Assembly: GCA_964016885.1 (NCBI GenBank)
Contig: OZ024741.1
Coordinates: 14,942,001-15,006,000 of the forward strand
From: Eledone cirrhosa
Taxonomy: Eukaryota
DNA length: 64,000 nt
Direction: 5' to 3'
The position numbers and the translations under genes were made by a program. The number at the start of each line of letters is the position of its first letter. Positions within the stretch are counted from its first letter, which is position 1. The notes beneath the pieces are model-generated. The model was given only the letters and a program-made list of their open reading frames with translations. It was not told where the DNA came from and searched no databases. Below, in pieces: positions 30,363 to 45,988 of the stretch.

Positions 30363-30514
30363 CTTTCTGATTTAGGCACAAGGCCAGCAATTTTTTGGGG
30401 GGAGGGGAAAGTCGATTAAATCCACCCCAGTGCGTGACTGGTACTTTATTTTATCGACCACTTAACGTAAATGGACATAAAAGTATGCCGTATTGCTAGT
30501 CCACCGAACTAATG

Positions 30515-30555
<41 letters not shown>

Positions 30556-30621
30556 TTATATATATATATATATACGTGTGTGTGTGTGTATATATATATG
30601 CATATATATATGTGTGTGTGA

Positions 30622-30674
<53 letters not shown>

Positions 30675-30775
30675 TATATATATATATATGTGTGTGTGTG
30701 TGTATATTTATATATATATATATATATACGTGTGTGTGTGTGTATATATATATGCATATATATATGTGTGTGTGA

Positions 30776-30847
<72 letters not shown>

Positions 30848-30910
30848 ATATTTATATATATATATATATATACGTGTGTGTGTGTGTATAAATATATATA
30901 TGCATATATA

Positions 30911-30961
<51 letters not shown>

Positions 30962-31169
30962 TCACACACACATATATATATGCATATATATATATATACA
31001 CACATATGTATACATACATATATATATATATAATTCTTGGATATACCTTATTTCTCTGTCAGTAATTTCTATATATGAATTGATAATGTTAAATATATTG
31101 TGTATGTTTCTATAATTATTTTGACGGAAGTAATGTGTGGAGGTGAGTGTGAGCATGTAGATGTGTATG

Positions 31170-31515
31170 TGTGTTGCTGTGTTGTTGCATGTGTGTTTCT
31201 GTGTTGTTGCATGTGTGTCTGTGTATGTAAAGTGTGTTGCTGTGTTGTTGCATGTGTGTCTGTGTATGTAAAGTGTGTTGCAGTGTTGTTGCATGTGTGC
31301 GTCTGTGTATGTAAAGTGTGTTGCAGTGTTGTTGCATGTGTGCGTCTGTGTATGTAAAGTGTGTTGCAGTGTTGTTGCATGTGTGCGTCTGTGTATGTAA
31401 AGTGTGTTGCAGTGTTGTTGCATGTGTGCGTCTGTGTATGTAAAGTGTGTTGCAGTGTTGTTGCATGTGTGCGTCTGTGTATGTAAAGTGTGTTGCAGTG
31501 TTGTTGCATGTGTGT
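31170..31515. repeat. 43-bp minisatellite (~8 units)
   Basis: CATGTGTGCGTCTGTGTATGTAAAGTGTGTTGCAGTGTTGTTG, period 43. Confidence 0.92.
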
Positions 31516-31626
31516 TTGATATGAAATAATATTTGTTTTAGTGATTTTACTCACGAGGGGAATTCACGTGTGTCAGAATTCATATGTTTTCTATAAATAT
31601 TGACTTTACATACATGTGTGTATGTG

Positions 31627-31702
<76 letters not shown>

Positions 31703-31766
31703 GATATATACGTATGTGTGTGTGTACACACACACACGCAAGTATATATGTATTATATATATATAT

Positions 31767-31833
<67 letters not shown>

Positions 31834-31850
31834 ATGTATATATACATGTA

Positions 31851-31912
<62 letters not shown>

Positions 31913-31973
31913 CGTACATGTCATGTATATAATATGCATATATAATAATATATATTATATATGTATGTATAGC

Positions 31974-32021
<48 letters not shown>

Positions 32022-32089
32022 CTTCACCAATTATTGTATCCACAAAAGTTCTTTCACCTCGGATTACGGACTACAGCCTATTTTGGCAT

Positions 32090-32142
<53 letters not shown>

Positions 32143-32269
32143 CTATTTGTATATATATGTGCATGCATTATATATATATATGTGTGTGTGTGAGTGTGTA
32201 TTATGTATGTATTATGCGTAAGTGAGGGGCTTGCATGTATGTGGATTATATGCATTATCGTGTACGAAT

Positions 32270-32430
32270 GTGTGTGTACATATGTGTGTGTACATATGTG
32301 TGTGTACATATGTGTGTGTAAATATGTGTGTGTACATATGTGTGTGTACATATGTGTGTGTACATATGTGTGTGTACATATGTGTGTGTACATATGTGTG
32401 TGTACATATGTGTGTGTACATATGTGTGTA
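32270..32430. repeat. 14-bp minisatellite (TACATATGTGTGTG)n
   Basis: Direct observation. Confidence 0.9.
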
Positions 32431-32887
32431 TTCGTCCCTACAAATTCCTCAAATGTTTAATTAAATTGCAGGGAAAACGTCATTTCAGTCGAGAAAAAGC
32501 AGTCACCAATACATGATTGATGTCTCTCCTTAACTCCCTCTCTCACTCTCCATCTCTCTCTCTCCCTCTCTCTTACCGCTCTCTCTATTTAACTCATCCT
32601 CTCTCTCTCACTCTCTGGCTCTCCCTTTCTCTTACTCCGTCTTTCTCACTCTGCATTCTTCTCTTTCTATCAGTCTCTTTTCTTGTATATATCTCTGTGA
32701 TTGCATGTGTGTGAATATTTGTGTATGCGTGTATATGTAGTGTATGGGCTTGTGTATCTTTTATGTTTGAATCTATGTGTATAAGTGTATGTGTAATGTC
32801 TCTCTCCCCCTCTCTCTCTCTCCCTCCCTCTCTCTATTTCTTTCTCTCTCTGTCTGTCTGTCTGTCTATATATATATGTATAAAACG

Positions 32888-32935
<48 letters not shown>

Positions 32936-32936
<1 letters not shown>

Positions 32937-33116
32937 CGAAGGAAGTGTGGTAAGGAACCAGATGGACCATAACGCACCAGAGTACTCAATACTTAGGGTA
33001 GTAGAGTGGGAAATAGGAAAAAGTATGACCCCGACGGCAGAGCTGAAGCCGTTTCGACGGCTATTATAGCCGTCGAAACGGCTTGAGCTCTGCCGTCGGG
33101 GTCATACTTTTTCCTA
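32936..33116. mobile_element. H5 fold-back (palindrome 33014-33116)
   Basis: About 51-bp arms with a 1-nt axis; GAAACGGC-ttgagctct-GCCGTC^GGGGTC at 33075-33103. Confidence 0.88.
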
Positions 33117-33120
33117 TATA

Positions 33121-33170
<50 letters not shown>

Positions 33171-33188
33171 AAAAAGTATGACCCCGGC

Positions 33189-33220
<32 letters not shown>

Positions 33221-33315
33221 TATATATATATACATATATATATTAAATATACATATATACATATATATATATATATAATATATATATACATTTTTCCTAT
33301 ATATATATATATACA

Positions 33316-33620
33316 CTGAGGATGAAAAACTCAGAGCTGTATGGGAGCATCCCAAAAGTCAGCTCAAAGGTGACACAGAGGAGACTGAGGTTAGCTGGAC
33401 ATGCTCACCGACATCCAGAGTTGACATTGCACTCAGTACTCCTTTGGGAGCCCCTACATGGACACACTAGAAGAGGAAGACCAAGGTTAACGTATGTTGA
33501 TGCCCTAAGGTCAGACACTGGTCTGTTGGAGACGCAGGACAAGGCAGCGATAATGAGGGACAGAGACCGCTGGAGAGAACTCGTCCATGGATCTCGGGAA
33601 TTTTACCCGCCTTAGATAGA

Positions 33621-33622
<2 letters not shown>
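33316..33622 (+). mobile_element. 5'-truncated RTE-type LINE 3' end with (TAGA)n tail
   Basis: NSELYGSIPKVSSKVTQRRLRLAGH...RGRPRLTYVDAL; frame still open. Confidence 0.88.
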
Positions 33623-33651
<29 letters not shown>

Positions 33652-33655
33652 TTCC

Positions 33656-33697
<42 letters not shown>

Positions 33698-33705
33698 CAT
33701 TGTAA

Positions 33706-33822
33706 AGGCGTGTGGCTGAGTGGTTAGAGAATCGGATTCGCAATCGTAAGGTTGTGAGTTCGATTCCTGGACCAGGCGATGCGTTATGTCCTTGAGCAAG
33801 ACACTTTATTTCACGTTGTTCC
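33706..33822 (+). mobile_element. tRNA-derived CORE-like SINE, 5' part (family S2)
   Basis: TGGCTGAGTGG A-box, GAGTTCGATTCC B-box, CCTTGAGCAAGACACTT. Confidence 0.82.
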
Positions 33823-33929
33823 TTCTACCTGGAGTTGCGACCGATAGATAGTATTAGCAATTGGAAAGACCAACGGAAACATTGTTCCCTCGGTCCGATT
33901 TGACGAAAGTCGATCGTTTTAAAAAAAAA

Positions 33930-33962
<33 letters not shown>

Positions 33963-33966
33963 ATAT

Positions 33967-33997
<31 letters not shown>

Positions 33998-34156
33998 ATA
34001 TATATAATATATATATATACATGTACGGTTAGCAATATGTGACTTTTAATGGAGAGGGTCCTTGTCTCCCAATCATAAGGTTGTGAGTTGAAGTAGCGTT
34101 GAAGGGGACACTTTCATTTCCTATATTCCAGTCCACTGAACTGGAAGGCTTCCAAC

Positions 34157-34190
<34 letters not shown>

Positions 34191-34374
34191 TGCCAATCCA
34201 ACGCCCTTATATATATTATAGATAACGCGAGAGAAACACAGACACAAGGACAATCCGCGCTCATCAGCTGGCTTCTATGGATCACTGATATATATATATA
34301 TATATTATATAATGTATATATATATTATATATATACATTATATATATGTATATATGTATATACAATATATATGT

Positions 34375-34492
34375 ATATGAAACAGTTCTAGTCCTGTAGA
34401 ATCTCATCTATATTAAAACATTTATACTTTGCTATGTATTGAGTACCTTACTTACTGTGGTTACCTCCGATTCAACCCGGAATAACTTACCT
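34375..34492 (+). mobile_element. H6 3' half
   Basis: TGAAACAGTTCTAGTCCTGTAGAA...TTGAGTACCTTACTTACTGTGGTTACC. Confidence 0.75.
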
Positions 34493-34576
34493 ATATATTT
34501 TTTTTGGGGGGGGATCGATCGACTTTCGTCAAATCGGACCGAGGAAACAATGTTTCCGTTGGTCTTTCCAGTTGCT

Positions 34577-34668
<92 letters not shown>

Positions 34669-34864
34669 CACATTATACATACATATATATATCCCACCAC
34701 TGCTTCCGCCCGAGATTTTGAACAAGTAAAAGATATGTATTTGTGAATGTGTGTGTATAATTAATGATACACACGGGATTTAAATAGTCATAAAAGTGCT
34801 TTAACACATGCAAACAAATATATACATACTTCCATACATATATAAGTATATATACGTAAATATA

Positions 34865-34916
<52 letters not shown>

Positions 34917-35307
34917 CAACAATACCTGCACGTCAGTGGAATTGGAAATAAATACGTTAGATATTAGAGTATCATGCATTTTTTCATATCACTATATTTG
35001 ATATAGTGATGATAATATGTGTGATATCATTTATTCTTGTTTACAGCTCATGTATCTTCTGTTATCATGTGGAAATGGTAAGATTGTATCATATTTGTAT
35101 GTCACACAACACTGTGTAATATGAATAGGTATATACAGACAACATTAGGAAAATATTGATAAATATGTGTGTATATATATGTATATATGCGTGTATATAT
35201 ATATATATATGTGTGTATATGCGAGTATATATATATATATATATTTATTTATTTATTTATATATATGTATGTATATATATGCATACATATATGTATGTAT
35301 ATATATG

Positions 35308-35431
<124 letters not shown>

Positions 35432-35768
35432 ACACACACACACACCTATTTATATTTATGTATGTGTGTGTGTTTGTGTGTTTGTGTGTTTGTGTGTGTG
35501 CGCGTGTGTGTGTGTGTGTGTGTGTACAACAATACCAACAACTGCGACAGACGTATTTTGTTTTACGCCTGTCTGACTACAGAAAGGAAAATGGTTTTCA
35601 AGGCATGTCGGAAGAATACGTATTTATCAAATTTCTAGCTGTAGCTACAACTCTTTTTATATATGTGTAGACACACTCATGCACATGTATACTGTCACAC
35701 AAGCACATGCACGCACAGAAGTACTCACTCTCACACATGCACACGCATACAAACACAAACACACACAA

Positions 35769-35832
<64 letters not shown>

Positions 35833-35968
35833 GTATATACTAGTGTTTGTATATATGTGTGTGTGAATATTTCTGCATTAATAACATACATTCGCATAAT
35901 TACACATAAACACATTTATATATTATATGCAAATATATATATATATATACACACACACACATATATAA

Positions 35969-36091
<123 letters not shown>

Positions 36092-36099
36092 TATAAATA

Positions 36100-36478
36100 T
36101 ATAAGTATTAAGTTGTTAAACAATATTCGATGATTATGTCAAAGAATGAGTTTTACAGTGGATTGGAAGCACTCAACGTTAAAAAAAATATTTTTCAGGA
36201 GTTATTAATATAAGTATTAATAAAATACATGTTCTTTTGATCAATTACATTTTATTATACATATTGCGGATGTACAACAGTACGTCCTCATCAGACAAAA
36301 TATAATGATACATGACATACCCTGAGATGTTAAATGGTTAAGATTTAATCCTTTAACATCTCAGGGTATGTCATGTATCATTATATTTTGTCTGATGAGG
36401 ACGTACTGTTGTACATCCGAAATATGCATAATAAAATGTAATTGATCAAAAGAACATCTATATTATTAATACTTATAT
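36100..36478. mobile_element. H1 fold-back (palindrome ~36208-36478); intact-core HHR on plus at 36384-36438
   Basis: TATTTTGT-CTGATGA-GGACGTACtgttGTACATCC-GAAA-TATGCATA^ATAAAATG; the minus copy has GAAA changed to GCAA. Confidence 0.88.
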
Positions 36479-37032
36479 ATATATATATTTGTCTGTAAGA
36501 AATACTTGCATGTGAACGCTGCTCTTTTAGTTGTTCAGCCAAGCGAATTCTCTCACATAGTTGTAAGTGTATATTGCAAACATTCTTAAACAACGTGTTA
36601 CAATAAGGATGGACATGTGAAATATTACTACAATTTAACAGACAACAGATAAGGCCATTTCTTACTCTCTCTCTATACTTGATTGATCGACCCCAAAACA
36701 CTGGACACGCAAAGTTGGCGAGGTTTCACATAAGAATGTTGAGACCCGTACTAAATACATTTATACCGTATCAGTAGCAATTCTGCAAATTCGTCGTTTT
36801 ATAAATACACACACACACGTAGACACACACACACACACGCACACACATACACACACACACATATATATATATACAATTATATATATAGATATATATATAT
36901 ATAGATATATATATATATATATATGTTTCTCTCTCTCTTTACTATGTTAATGGCCAGCCAATGCAGGCTGGGTATAGAAAGTGAAGCAATAAGGGCGGTG
37001 CCCCAGCATGGCCTTAGCCTGATGGCTGGAAC

Positions 37033-37152
37033 AAGTAAAAGACTAAAATCCAAAGAGGGCTCCATAGGGATAAATATATATCAAATATATAACAACACTA
37101 GAGCAAGTATTTATTAAAATAACAGATTAAAGTTTAAGCAAACATCGCTGCT
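37033..37152 (-). mobile_element. H4 3' fragment
   Basis: GACTAAAATCCAAAGAGGGCTC...AACAGATTAAAGTTTAAGCAAAC. Confidence 0.75.
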
Positions 37153-37163
37153 TAAGAATGCTA

Positions 37164-37248
<85 letters not shown>

Positions 37249-37249
37249 G

Positions 37250-37376
37250 ATGTCGAAACGGCCGGAGCTCAGCCGCCGGGGTCCTGACTCTTTTCCTATT
37301 ACCCACTCTACTACTCATAGTATCGAGTACTCTGGTGCGTTATGGTCCACCTGGTTCCTTACCACACTAATTTCGT

Positions 37377-37378
<2 letters not shown>
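37250..37378 (+). mobile_element. H5 copy (other fragments at ~44768, 46052, 49680, 51000, 52985, 62025)
   Basis: GTCGAAACGGCCGGAGCTCAGCCG..GGGGTCC..ACCCACTCTACTAC..GAGTACTCTGGTGCG. Confidence 0.8.
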
Positions 37379-37408
<30 letters not shown>

Positions 37409-37486
37409 TGTATGTATGTATGTATGTATGTATGTATGTATGTTTGTATGTATGTATGTATGTATGTTTGTATGTATGTATGTATG

Positions 37487-38015
37487 TCAGGTCACCAGTT
37501 GGTGCTACTGGTAACATGTATCCCAGTACAACCTGTCTCATGGTCGGGTCGTTGGCAACCTCACCAAGGTTTCTTGGTGAGGAGGGTGACTTTGGACATC
37601 CTGCAGGACTAAAAACAAAACCTGTCAAAGGGCAAAGGAGCTCTTAAGAGTCAATGACCATCCAAAATCACCGGGAGAGATGACCCCTTAGCCTTTGTCA
37701 AGGCAGAATTCTAAGAGAAGGAAAGCTCTGATATAACACCTGCAACCCTGACCTGTTCTTCTTTTTGGTAAATATCATCTTGGTTAAGAGAGTGGGACTG
37801 GCTTTGTGCAGTGCCTTTGCTCACTATAAAAGCTTCACGGCACAGGCATTGCTTTATATCTGGAGATCTCTCTGCACTTGTCGTCACATGGTACCAAGGG
37901 CCCAGTACTATGTGTCAATAATTGTCACAAGTGTAGTGTTTGTACCAGTCGCTGGGTGGACTAAAAAGTCAAACTCGTACAGTGCATCGGTAGTGGTTCT
38001 CCTACATGGATATAA
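37487..38015 (+). mobile_element. Non-autonomous RTE-derived element (UTR-like body with ORF 3' zinc-finger remnant)
   Basis: High similarity to 54347-54898. Confidence 0.75.
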
Positions 38016-38092
<77 letters not shown>

Positions 38093-39287
38093 TGAGAGGC
38101 AGTGAGATCTGTCACGGCTCAGTGAACACATATAAATTTCTCCACGTACTAGTAGATAAATTATTTCCGTTCACGACTCCTAAACTCCTTCATGAGATCA
38201 CATCCCAGTATGGACACTGCTATACTTTTTCACCAGCTACTACCTTTCTAGAAATATTGAGAATAGTTGTAAGAGATGTGCTTCCAATTGTGAGAAAACT
38301 GGTAATCTGACATCCTGATTTCAAACTCCAGTTTGTTTTATACATTCGGAGAATCGTTAGAGCGCCGGACGAAATGTCTTGCGTTAATACTCCCAGCTCT
38401 TTACATTCTATAATGAAGTCGATTAAATAAATATAAACCTTTTTAAGAAACTGCCAAGTAATGGGGTCGATTTGATAGGATTTCTCCTTCTACCATATTG
38501 CAGGAGCTGTTGCCTAAATAAGAAACCTTCTTGAATATTTCCTTGTATCATGAAGTACAGAATGTAAGAGTCTAAATATCTCAACTAAAAGCAGATCCAG
38601 TCTTATACCACCTTTTCTGTATTTTCTAAAACCGCTCACCATTGATTTTATTTGAGTTATCTCCCTTGAATGTTTATTTATTCATAAATTACATACCTCA
38701 TTTGATAAAAACATAAACAAATGTAAATGCATGTTGTTATGTTTTTCGTACACTGAAATATGTAGAGACAGTCTTTATATGTTTCACAGTTTATTACAAG
38801 TCAAGAACTTTCAACTTTCCACCCTCGAACGGAACTCATTGCAAATTATTAGTTATATCAAACACAAACAAGAACTTAATTGAAATGGCCAGTCTCATTT
38901 GTATAACGTGCAATTGTTGGAGAGATGTTTAATTAAATAGTAAATATGTGTATGGACCTCTAACTCCTGGAGAAGACGTTGGGGCACCATATTGACATAC
39001 GGCGTTTCTAGGCTACTTTAAAACCTGGCGGATCCCATCTCCTCTCCAGATCTGAATATAGTAGACACTTCTTCCAGAGAAGGATAGAGAGAGTAAGAGA
39101 GCGGAAGTGAGAAAGATATAGAGGAAGAAGCGGCCCCAGTATTTGACCGGTACTTTATTTTATCGACCTCGAAGTGATGAATGGCAAAGTTGACCTCGAC
39201 TAAATAGTAAATACTTATGTACAATAGATCGGAAGTTTAAGATTAATTTAATGTAGTTCCTATATTGGAAATAGCATGGGGTATTGT

Positions 39288-39675
39288 TAGAGGTAGTATT
39301 GGAGAAAGGGTTATTGAGGTAGTATTGGAGGAAGTATTGGAGAAAGGGTTATTGAGGTAGTATTGGAGGTAGTATTGGAGGAAGGGTTATTGAGGTAGTA
39401 TTGGAGGAAGTATTGGAGAAAGGGTTATTGAGGTAGTATTGGAGGTAGTATTGGAGAAAGGGTTATTGAGGTAGTATTGGAGGAAGTATTGGAGAAAGGG
39501 TTATTGAGGTAGTATTGGAGGTAGTATTGGAGGAAGGGTTATTGAGGTAGTATTGGAGGTAGTATTGGAGGAAGGGTTATTGAGGTAGTTTTGGAGGTAG
39601 TATTGGAGAAAGGGTTATTGAGGTAGTATTGGAGGTAGTATTGGAGGAAGGGTTATTGAGGTAGTATTGGAGGTA
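39288..39675. repeat. 38-bp minisatellite
   Basis: GAGGTAGTATTGGAGGAAGTATTGGAGAAAGGGTTATT, period 38. Confidence 0.92.
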
Positions 39676-40230
39676 GTTGTAGTGGTAGTAGTATAAATAA
39701 GAGGAGACGTAGTATTGGAGGTAGTGGTAGTGGTAGTAGTATAAATAAGAGGAGACGTAGTATTGGAGGTAGTGGTAGTGGTAGTAGTATAAATAAGAGG
39801 AGACGTAGTATTGGAGGTAGTGGTAGAAGTATAAATAAGAGGAGACGTAGTATTGGAGGTAGTGGTAGTGGTAGTAGTATAAATAAGAGGAGACGTAGTA
39901 TTGGAGGTAGTGGTAGTGGTAGTAGTATAAATAAGAGGAGACGTAGTATTGGAGGTAGTGGTAGTGGTAGTAGTATAAATAAGAGGAGACGTAGTATTGG
40001 AGGTAGTGGTAGTGGTAGTAGTATAAATAAGAGGAGACGTAGTATTGGAGGTAGTGGTAGAAGTATAAATAAGAGGAGACGTAGTATTGGAGGTAGTGGT
40101 AGTGGTAGTAGTATAAATAAGAGGAGACGTAGTATTGGAGGTAGTGGTAGTGGTAGTAGTATAAATAAGAGGAGACGTAGTATTGGATGTAGTGGTAGTG
40201 GTAGTAGTATAAATAAGAGGAGAGGTAGTA
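39676..40230. repeat. 48-bp minisatellite with 42-bp variants
   Basis: AGTATAAATAAGAGGAGACGTAGTATTGGAGGTAGTGGTAGTGGTAGT. Confidence 0.92.
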
Positions 40231-40927
40231 TCGCTATAGCTACTGATAGAACAAGTTGTAGAAATGATGTAGTAATGTTGAAAGTAGTGGTATAGGTGCT
40301 AGTATACGGTGTGCTATACATAAAGTAGTGGTATAGGTGCTAGTATACGGTGTGCTATACATAAAGTGGTTTTTCTGTGGAGAAGTCACTCGGCATGCTA
40401 GAAATAGCAGCCACATTCCACTAAATTGCTATCTAAAGAAATGCAGAGCACGTTGGATAATGTAGTTCTACATGAATTGTCTGAAAAGAGAAGGAGGTGG
40501 TCATGGATGGAAAGGTTTGATAGCAAGTTTGATTGATCACAATTGACCTGGGGCTAAACAGGAACAACCACAACAACAACAACAACAATCATTTATGAAG
40601 GGTAATGGGCCGTGAGAAAGAAGGAAATGGGTGTGACTTGTAACGACGATATTATAGTTGTGTGTACGTGATTATGTGAGTGCGATCAATTGAGTATTGT
40701 ATTGTGTGTGTGTGTGTGAGAGTGTGAACGTGTGTGTGTGGGTCTATGTATGTGTGTGTGTGAGTGAGTGTGTGTGTATGTGAGAGAGAGAGAGAGAGAG
40801 AGAACGTGTGTGTGTGTGTGTGTCTATGTGTGTATGTGTGTGTGTGTGTGTGTGACAGAGAGAGAGTGAACGTATGTGTGTGGGGGTCTATGTGTGTATT
40901 TGTGTGTATGTGTGTGTAGGTCTATGT

Positions 40928-40967
<40 letters not shown>

Positions 40968-41309
40968 CTATGTGTGTGTGTATGTGTGTGTGGGTCTATG
41001 TGTGTATGTGTGTGTGTGTGTGTGTGGATGTTTAAACCTATTTTTGTCCACCTAAATTCATATTTGTAAACCGTATAGATAAAAGTACAATAAACGGATC
41101 CTCCGTCGGTGTCGACGTTAGGTATTCTAGTGCTTCCATTAACTGAGCTATGTACATACTGTATTACAGTTGAGGCGGCTGAATATTCAACATTTATAAT
41201 TTGCAAGTTAATACACACACACACATACACACACACACACACTCACATATATATATGTATATATATATATGTGTGTGTTTTTATTGGCAGCAAAACACTC
41301 CCAAAGTAA

Positions 41310-41920
<611 letters not shown>

Positions 41921-41935
41921 TATATATATATATAT

Positions 41936-42108
41936 AGGTAAGTTATTCCGGGTTGAGTCGGAGGTAACCACAGTAAGTAAGGTACTCAATACATAGCGGA
42001 GTATCAAAGTTTTAATATAGAAGAACTTCTACAGGACTATAACTGTTTCAGCCGTGAGGTCCCTGATGATTTCTCACGAATGAAACACTTCTAGTCCTGT
42101 AGAAGCTC

Positions 42109-42115
<7 letters not shown>
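41936..42115. mobile_element. H6 fold-back; HHR on plus at 42056-42108
   Basis: CTGATGA-tTTCtcacGAAt-GAA-ACAc-ttctagtc-CTGT-A^GAAGCTC. Confidence 0.78.
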
Positions 42116-42155
<40 letters not shown>

Positions 42156-42158
42156 CAT

Positions 42159-42206
<48 letters not shown>

Positions 42207-42273
42207 GAAATGGCTTCTACAGGACTAAAAGTGTTTCAGTCGAGTAAAAACTATTTCTATATTAAACATTATA

Positions 42274-42443
<170 letters not shown>

Positions 42444-42669
42444 ATTTATTCTCCAGAATGTAAGTCATCAAATTTGTGAGCTAAACTTCAGATCCTTATA
42501 TGAGTTTACGGCTGAAGATTAGGTCACAGTTTTGATCCCTCTTCTGTAGAAATGTCCAATATCAGGCTTTGAAACCACGGATACCGCATTTGTTCTACGT
42601 GTGAACAGAAATGTTATATATCACCTTTCTTCCTCATTTACCAGTTTTCCTTTTTAACAACTAAGGATA

Positions 42670-42777
<108 letters not shown>

Positions 42778-42904
42778 GTTTGCGGCTGGTGAAACTCCTG
42801 AATAACAAGACTAACTGTTTAGCCTTTATAATTAATAATATTTATATATATATACAGCGAGATAAATAGAGGGTCATAGAGAGAGATAGAGAGTGAGATA
42901 GAAA

Positions 42905-42992
<88 letters not shown>

Positions 42993-43102
42993 CCGAGAGA
43001 GAGAGGGAGAGAGAGAGAGAGGGGGAGAGAGAGAGACCGAGAGAGAGAGGGAGAGAGACCGAGAGAGAGAGGGAGAGAGAGAGGGAGAGAGACCGAGAGA
43101 GA

Positions 43103-43164
<62 letters not shown>

Positions 43165-43430
43165 TACCTATCCATGTCCGAACATAACTATATTCTTCCT
43201 AAGGGAAGTAGTGAGATAGACAGATAGAAAGGGAAAGATGTTCAAACCTAGTATCGAACTGGTACTTTATTGATTGACCCTGTATTGATGAATGTCAAAG
43301 TTGACCTCGGTAGGTTTTGAATTCGTGGTGCAGAAAGCTGGAACAAGTACCACAAGGCATTTTAACGGATGATCCCCAGACTATAACAATATATTTATCT
43401 CCATCTATTTATATCTACACACTTATACAC

Positions 43431-43503
<73 letters not shown>

Positions 43504-43547
43504 TATACATACATATATATACATATGTATATACATATGTATATATG

Positions 43548-43579
<32 letters not shown>

Positions 43580-43599
43580 CATATGTATATATATATGTA

Positions 43600-43669
<70 letters not shown>

Positions 43670-43691
43670 GTATATATATATATATATATAA

Positions 43692-43770
<79 letters not shown>

Positions 43771-43794
43771 GTATATATATATATATATATATAA

Positions 43795-43891
<97 letters not shown>

Positions 43892-44060
43892 TACGTGAGT
43901 TTGTGTTTATGACTGTGTATATAACATCAATAAAATATAATATAATCACGGTTTCACATCATTTATTCAATGGTTCTGTGTGTATCTATCTATCTCTATA
44001 TATATATATATATATATATATAGATAGATAGATACTCGTATATATACATGTATTTATAGA

Positions 44061-44158
<98 letters not shown>

Positions 44159-44482
44159 GATTTATCACTTTGGCACCAGTCCAGATATTTCCACTGAAGT
44201 GTTTAATCGATCTCTACACATCTGATACATATTTATCGATCTAGCACGGATGAAAGACAGAGATGACCTCGGCCGGATTTGAACTCCGAACGAAGCGGAA
44301 CGAAAGTAAATACTTCACAGCAATTACTGCGCCATTCCCCCACTTCTGTCCCACAATCACCACAATTTGCAGATATACATCAATATATAGGTGTCAATAT
44401 ATACATAACAATATATGTACATGTATGTGTATGTGTGTATATATATATATATATATTGAACCCGGGATAAACTTATCTTATT

Positions 44483-44516
<34 letters not shown>

Positions 44517-44614
44517 GTGCATATGCATATTTTATATTACATATGCACACATAACTCCAACGCCTATATACTATATATATAACCAAGACTGGAATTGAAC
44601 CATCAGCACAGTTG

Positions 44615-44752
44615 AGGTATGTCATACATCAATTTATGTATTTTATCTGATGAGGACGTACTGAAAAAACAGCAGTGTACCTCTGAAATATATATAATAA
44701 AACATATATTTTGATTACGTGAATGTCTCCATTTATTAATATTTTGAATAAT
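44615..44752 (+). mobile_element. H1 copy; HHR at 44641-44702
   Basis: TTTTAT-CTGATGA-GGACGTACTG..CAGTGTACCTCT-GAAA-TATATATA^ATAAAA. Confidence 0.8.
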
Positions 44753-44835
44753 ATATATATATATATATAGGAAAAAGTATGACCCCTACGGCAGAGCTCA
44801 AGCCGTTTCGACGGCTATTTCTGGCTATTCCTTTG

Positions 44836-44879
<44 letters not shown>

Positions 44880-45116
44880 TTCATATAGACTTGACGACTT
44901 CTACAGGACTAAAATTATTTTTTTCTATTAAAAATCACCAGACATTTTAATGATTTACAACGAATGAAACAGTTCATGCCCTGTAGAATCCCCTTCACTA
45001 TGACATGAATGTGTCTACTAATGTAGTATAGCTTGTTTATATGGGGATACTTTCCTATCCTCTTCGGAAAACCATTCTTATAAACACACACATAGACACA
45101 GACACAGAAACACTCT

Positions 45117-45157
<41 letters not shown>

Positions 45158-45815
45158 GTATATATATATATATGTATGTACATATATAAATATGTGTGTG
45201 TGTGTGTGTATGTATGTGTGTGTGTGTGTGTATAGAGAGAGAGATGTATGTAAGTTTGTATATTTGTATGTATGTATGCATGTATGTATGTGTATATATG
45301 CAGGTATATAGCTACCTATTAGAATGTGTTTTTAAAATAAGTTATTTAAAATATTCATATATTAATTGTTGGAGCCCTCATTAATTTAGAATTTTATGTA
45401 GAAATCTGTGAATGGCATGGAAGTCACAGCTTGGTGACTTGGTCTGACTGGAGGTTTATATGATATATAGGTACATAAACACACACACACAAACACATAC
45501 ACGGCTGTGTAAATATATATATATATATATGTGTGTGTCTGTGTGTGTGTGTGTGTGTGTGCGGTGCTGACGCCGAATAGACCACTAATCATGGGAGTAT
45601 TCATGGGTTGGTGAAGAGATGAGGTGGTGGTCACTATTGGAATGGGTTCAACGAAACACTAAAAGACAGTGCTAGTGTTGAACAATGGAATAATATTAGG
45701 CAAAATACCTGCTAAACAGAAACAACTTCGGTTCCACCATTATCATCAACATTCACGGTTACATGAATACATACAAACATAACTGTATACTTACACTGAC
45801 ACACACACACACACT

Positions 45816-45879
<64 letters not shown>

Positions 45880-45896
45880 GTATGTGTATATAAATA

Positions 45897-45927
<31 letters not shown>

Positions 45928-45950
45928 CTATGTATATAGATATATGTATG

Positions 45951-45988
<38 letters not shown>

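Noticed and set aside
33850-34582. Inverted ~70-bp pair (33850-33918 and 34515-34582) as a ribozyme
   Set aside because: Has small hairpins but no assignable catalytic core; probably two copies of a short repeat
39653-40321. 222-aa Leu/Pro-rich ORF
   Set aside because: Product of a 48-bp (multiple of 3) minisatellite
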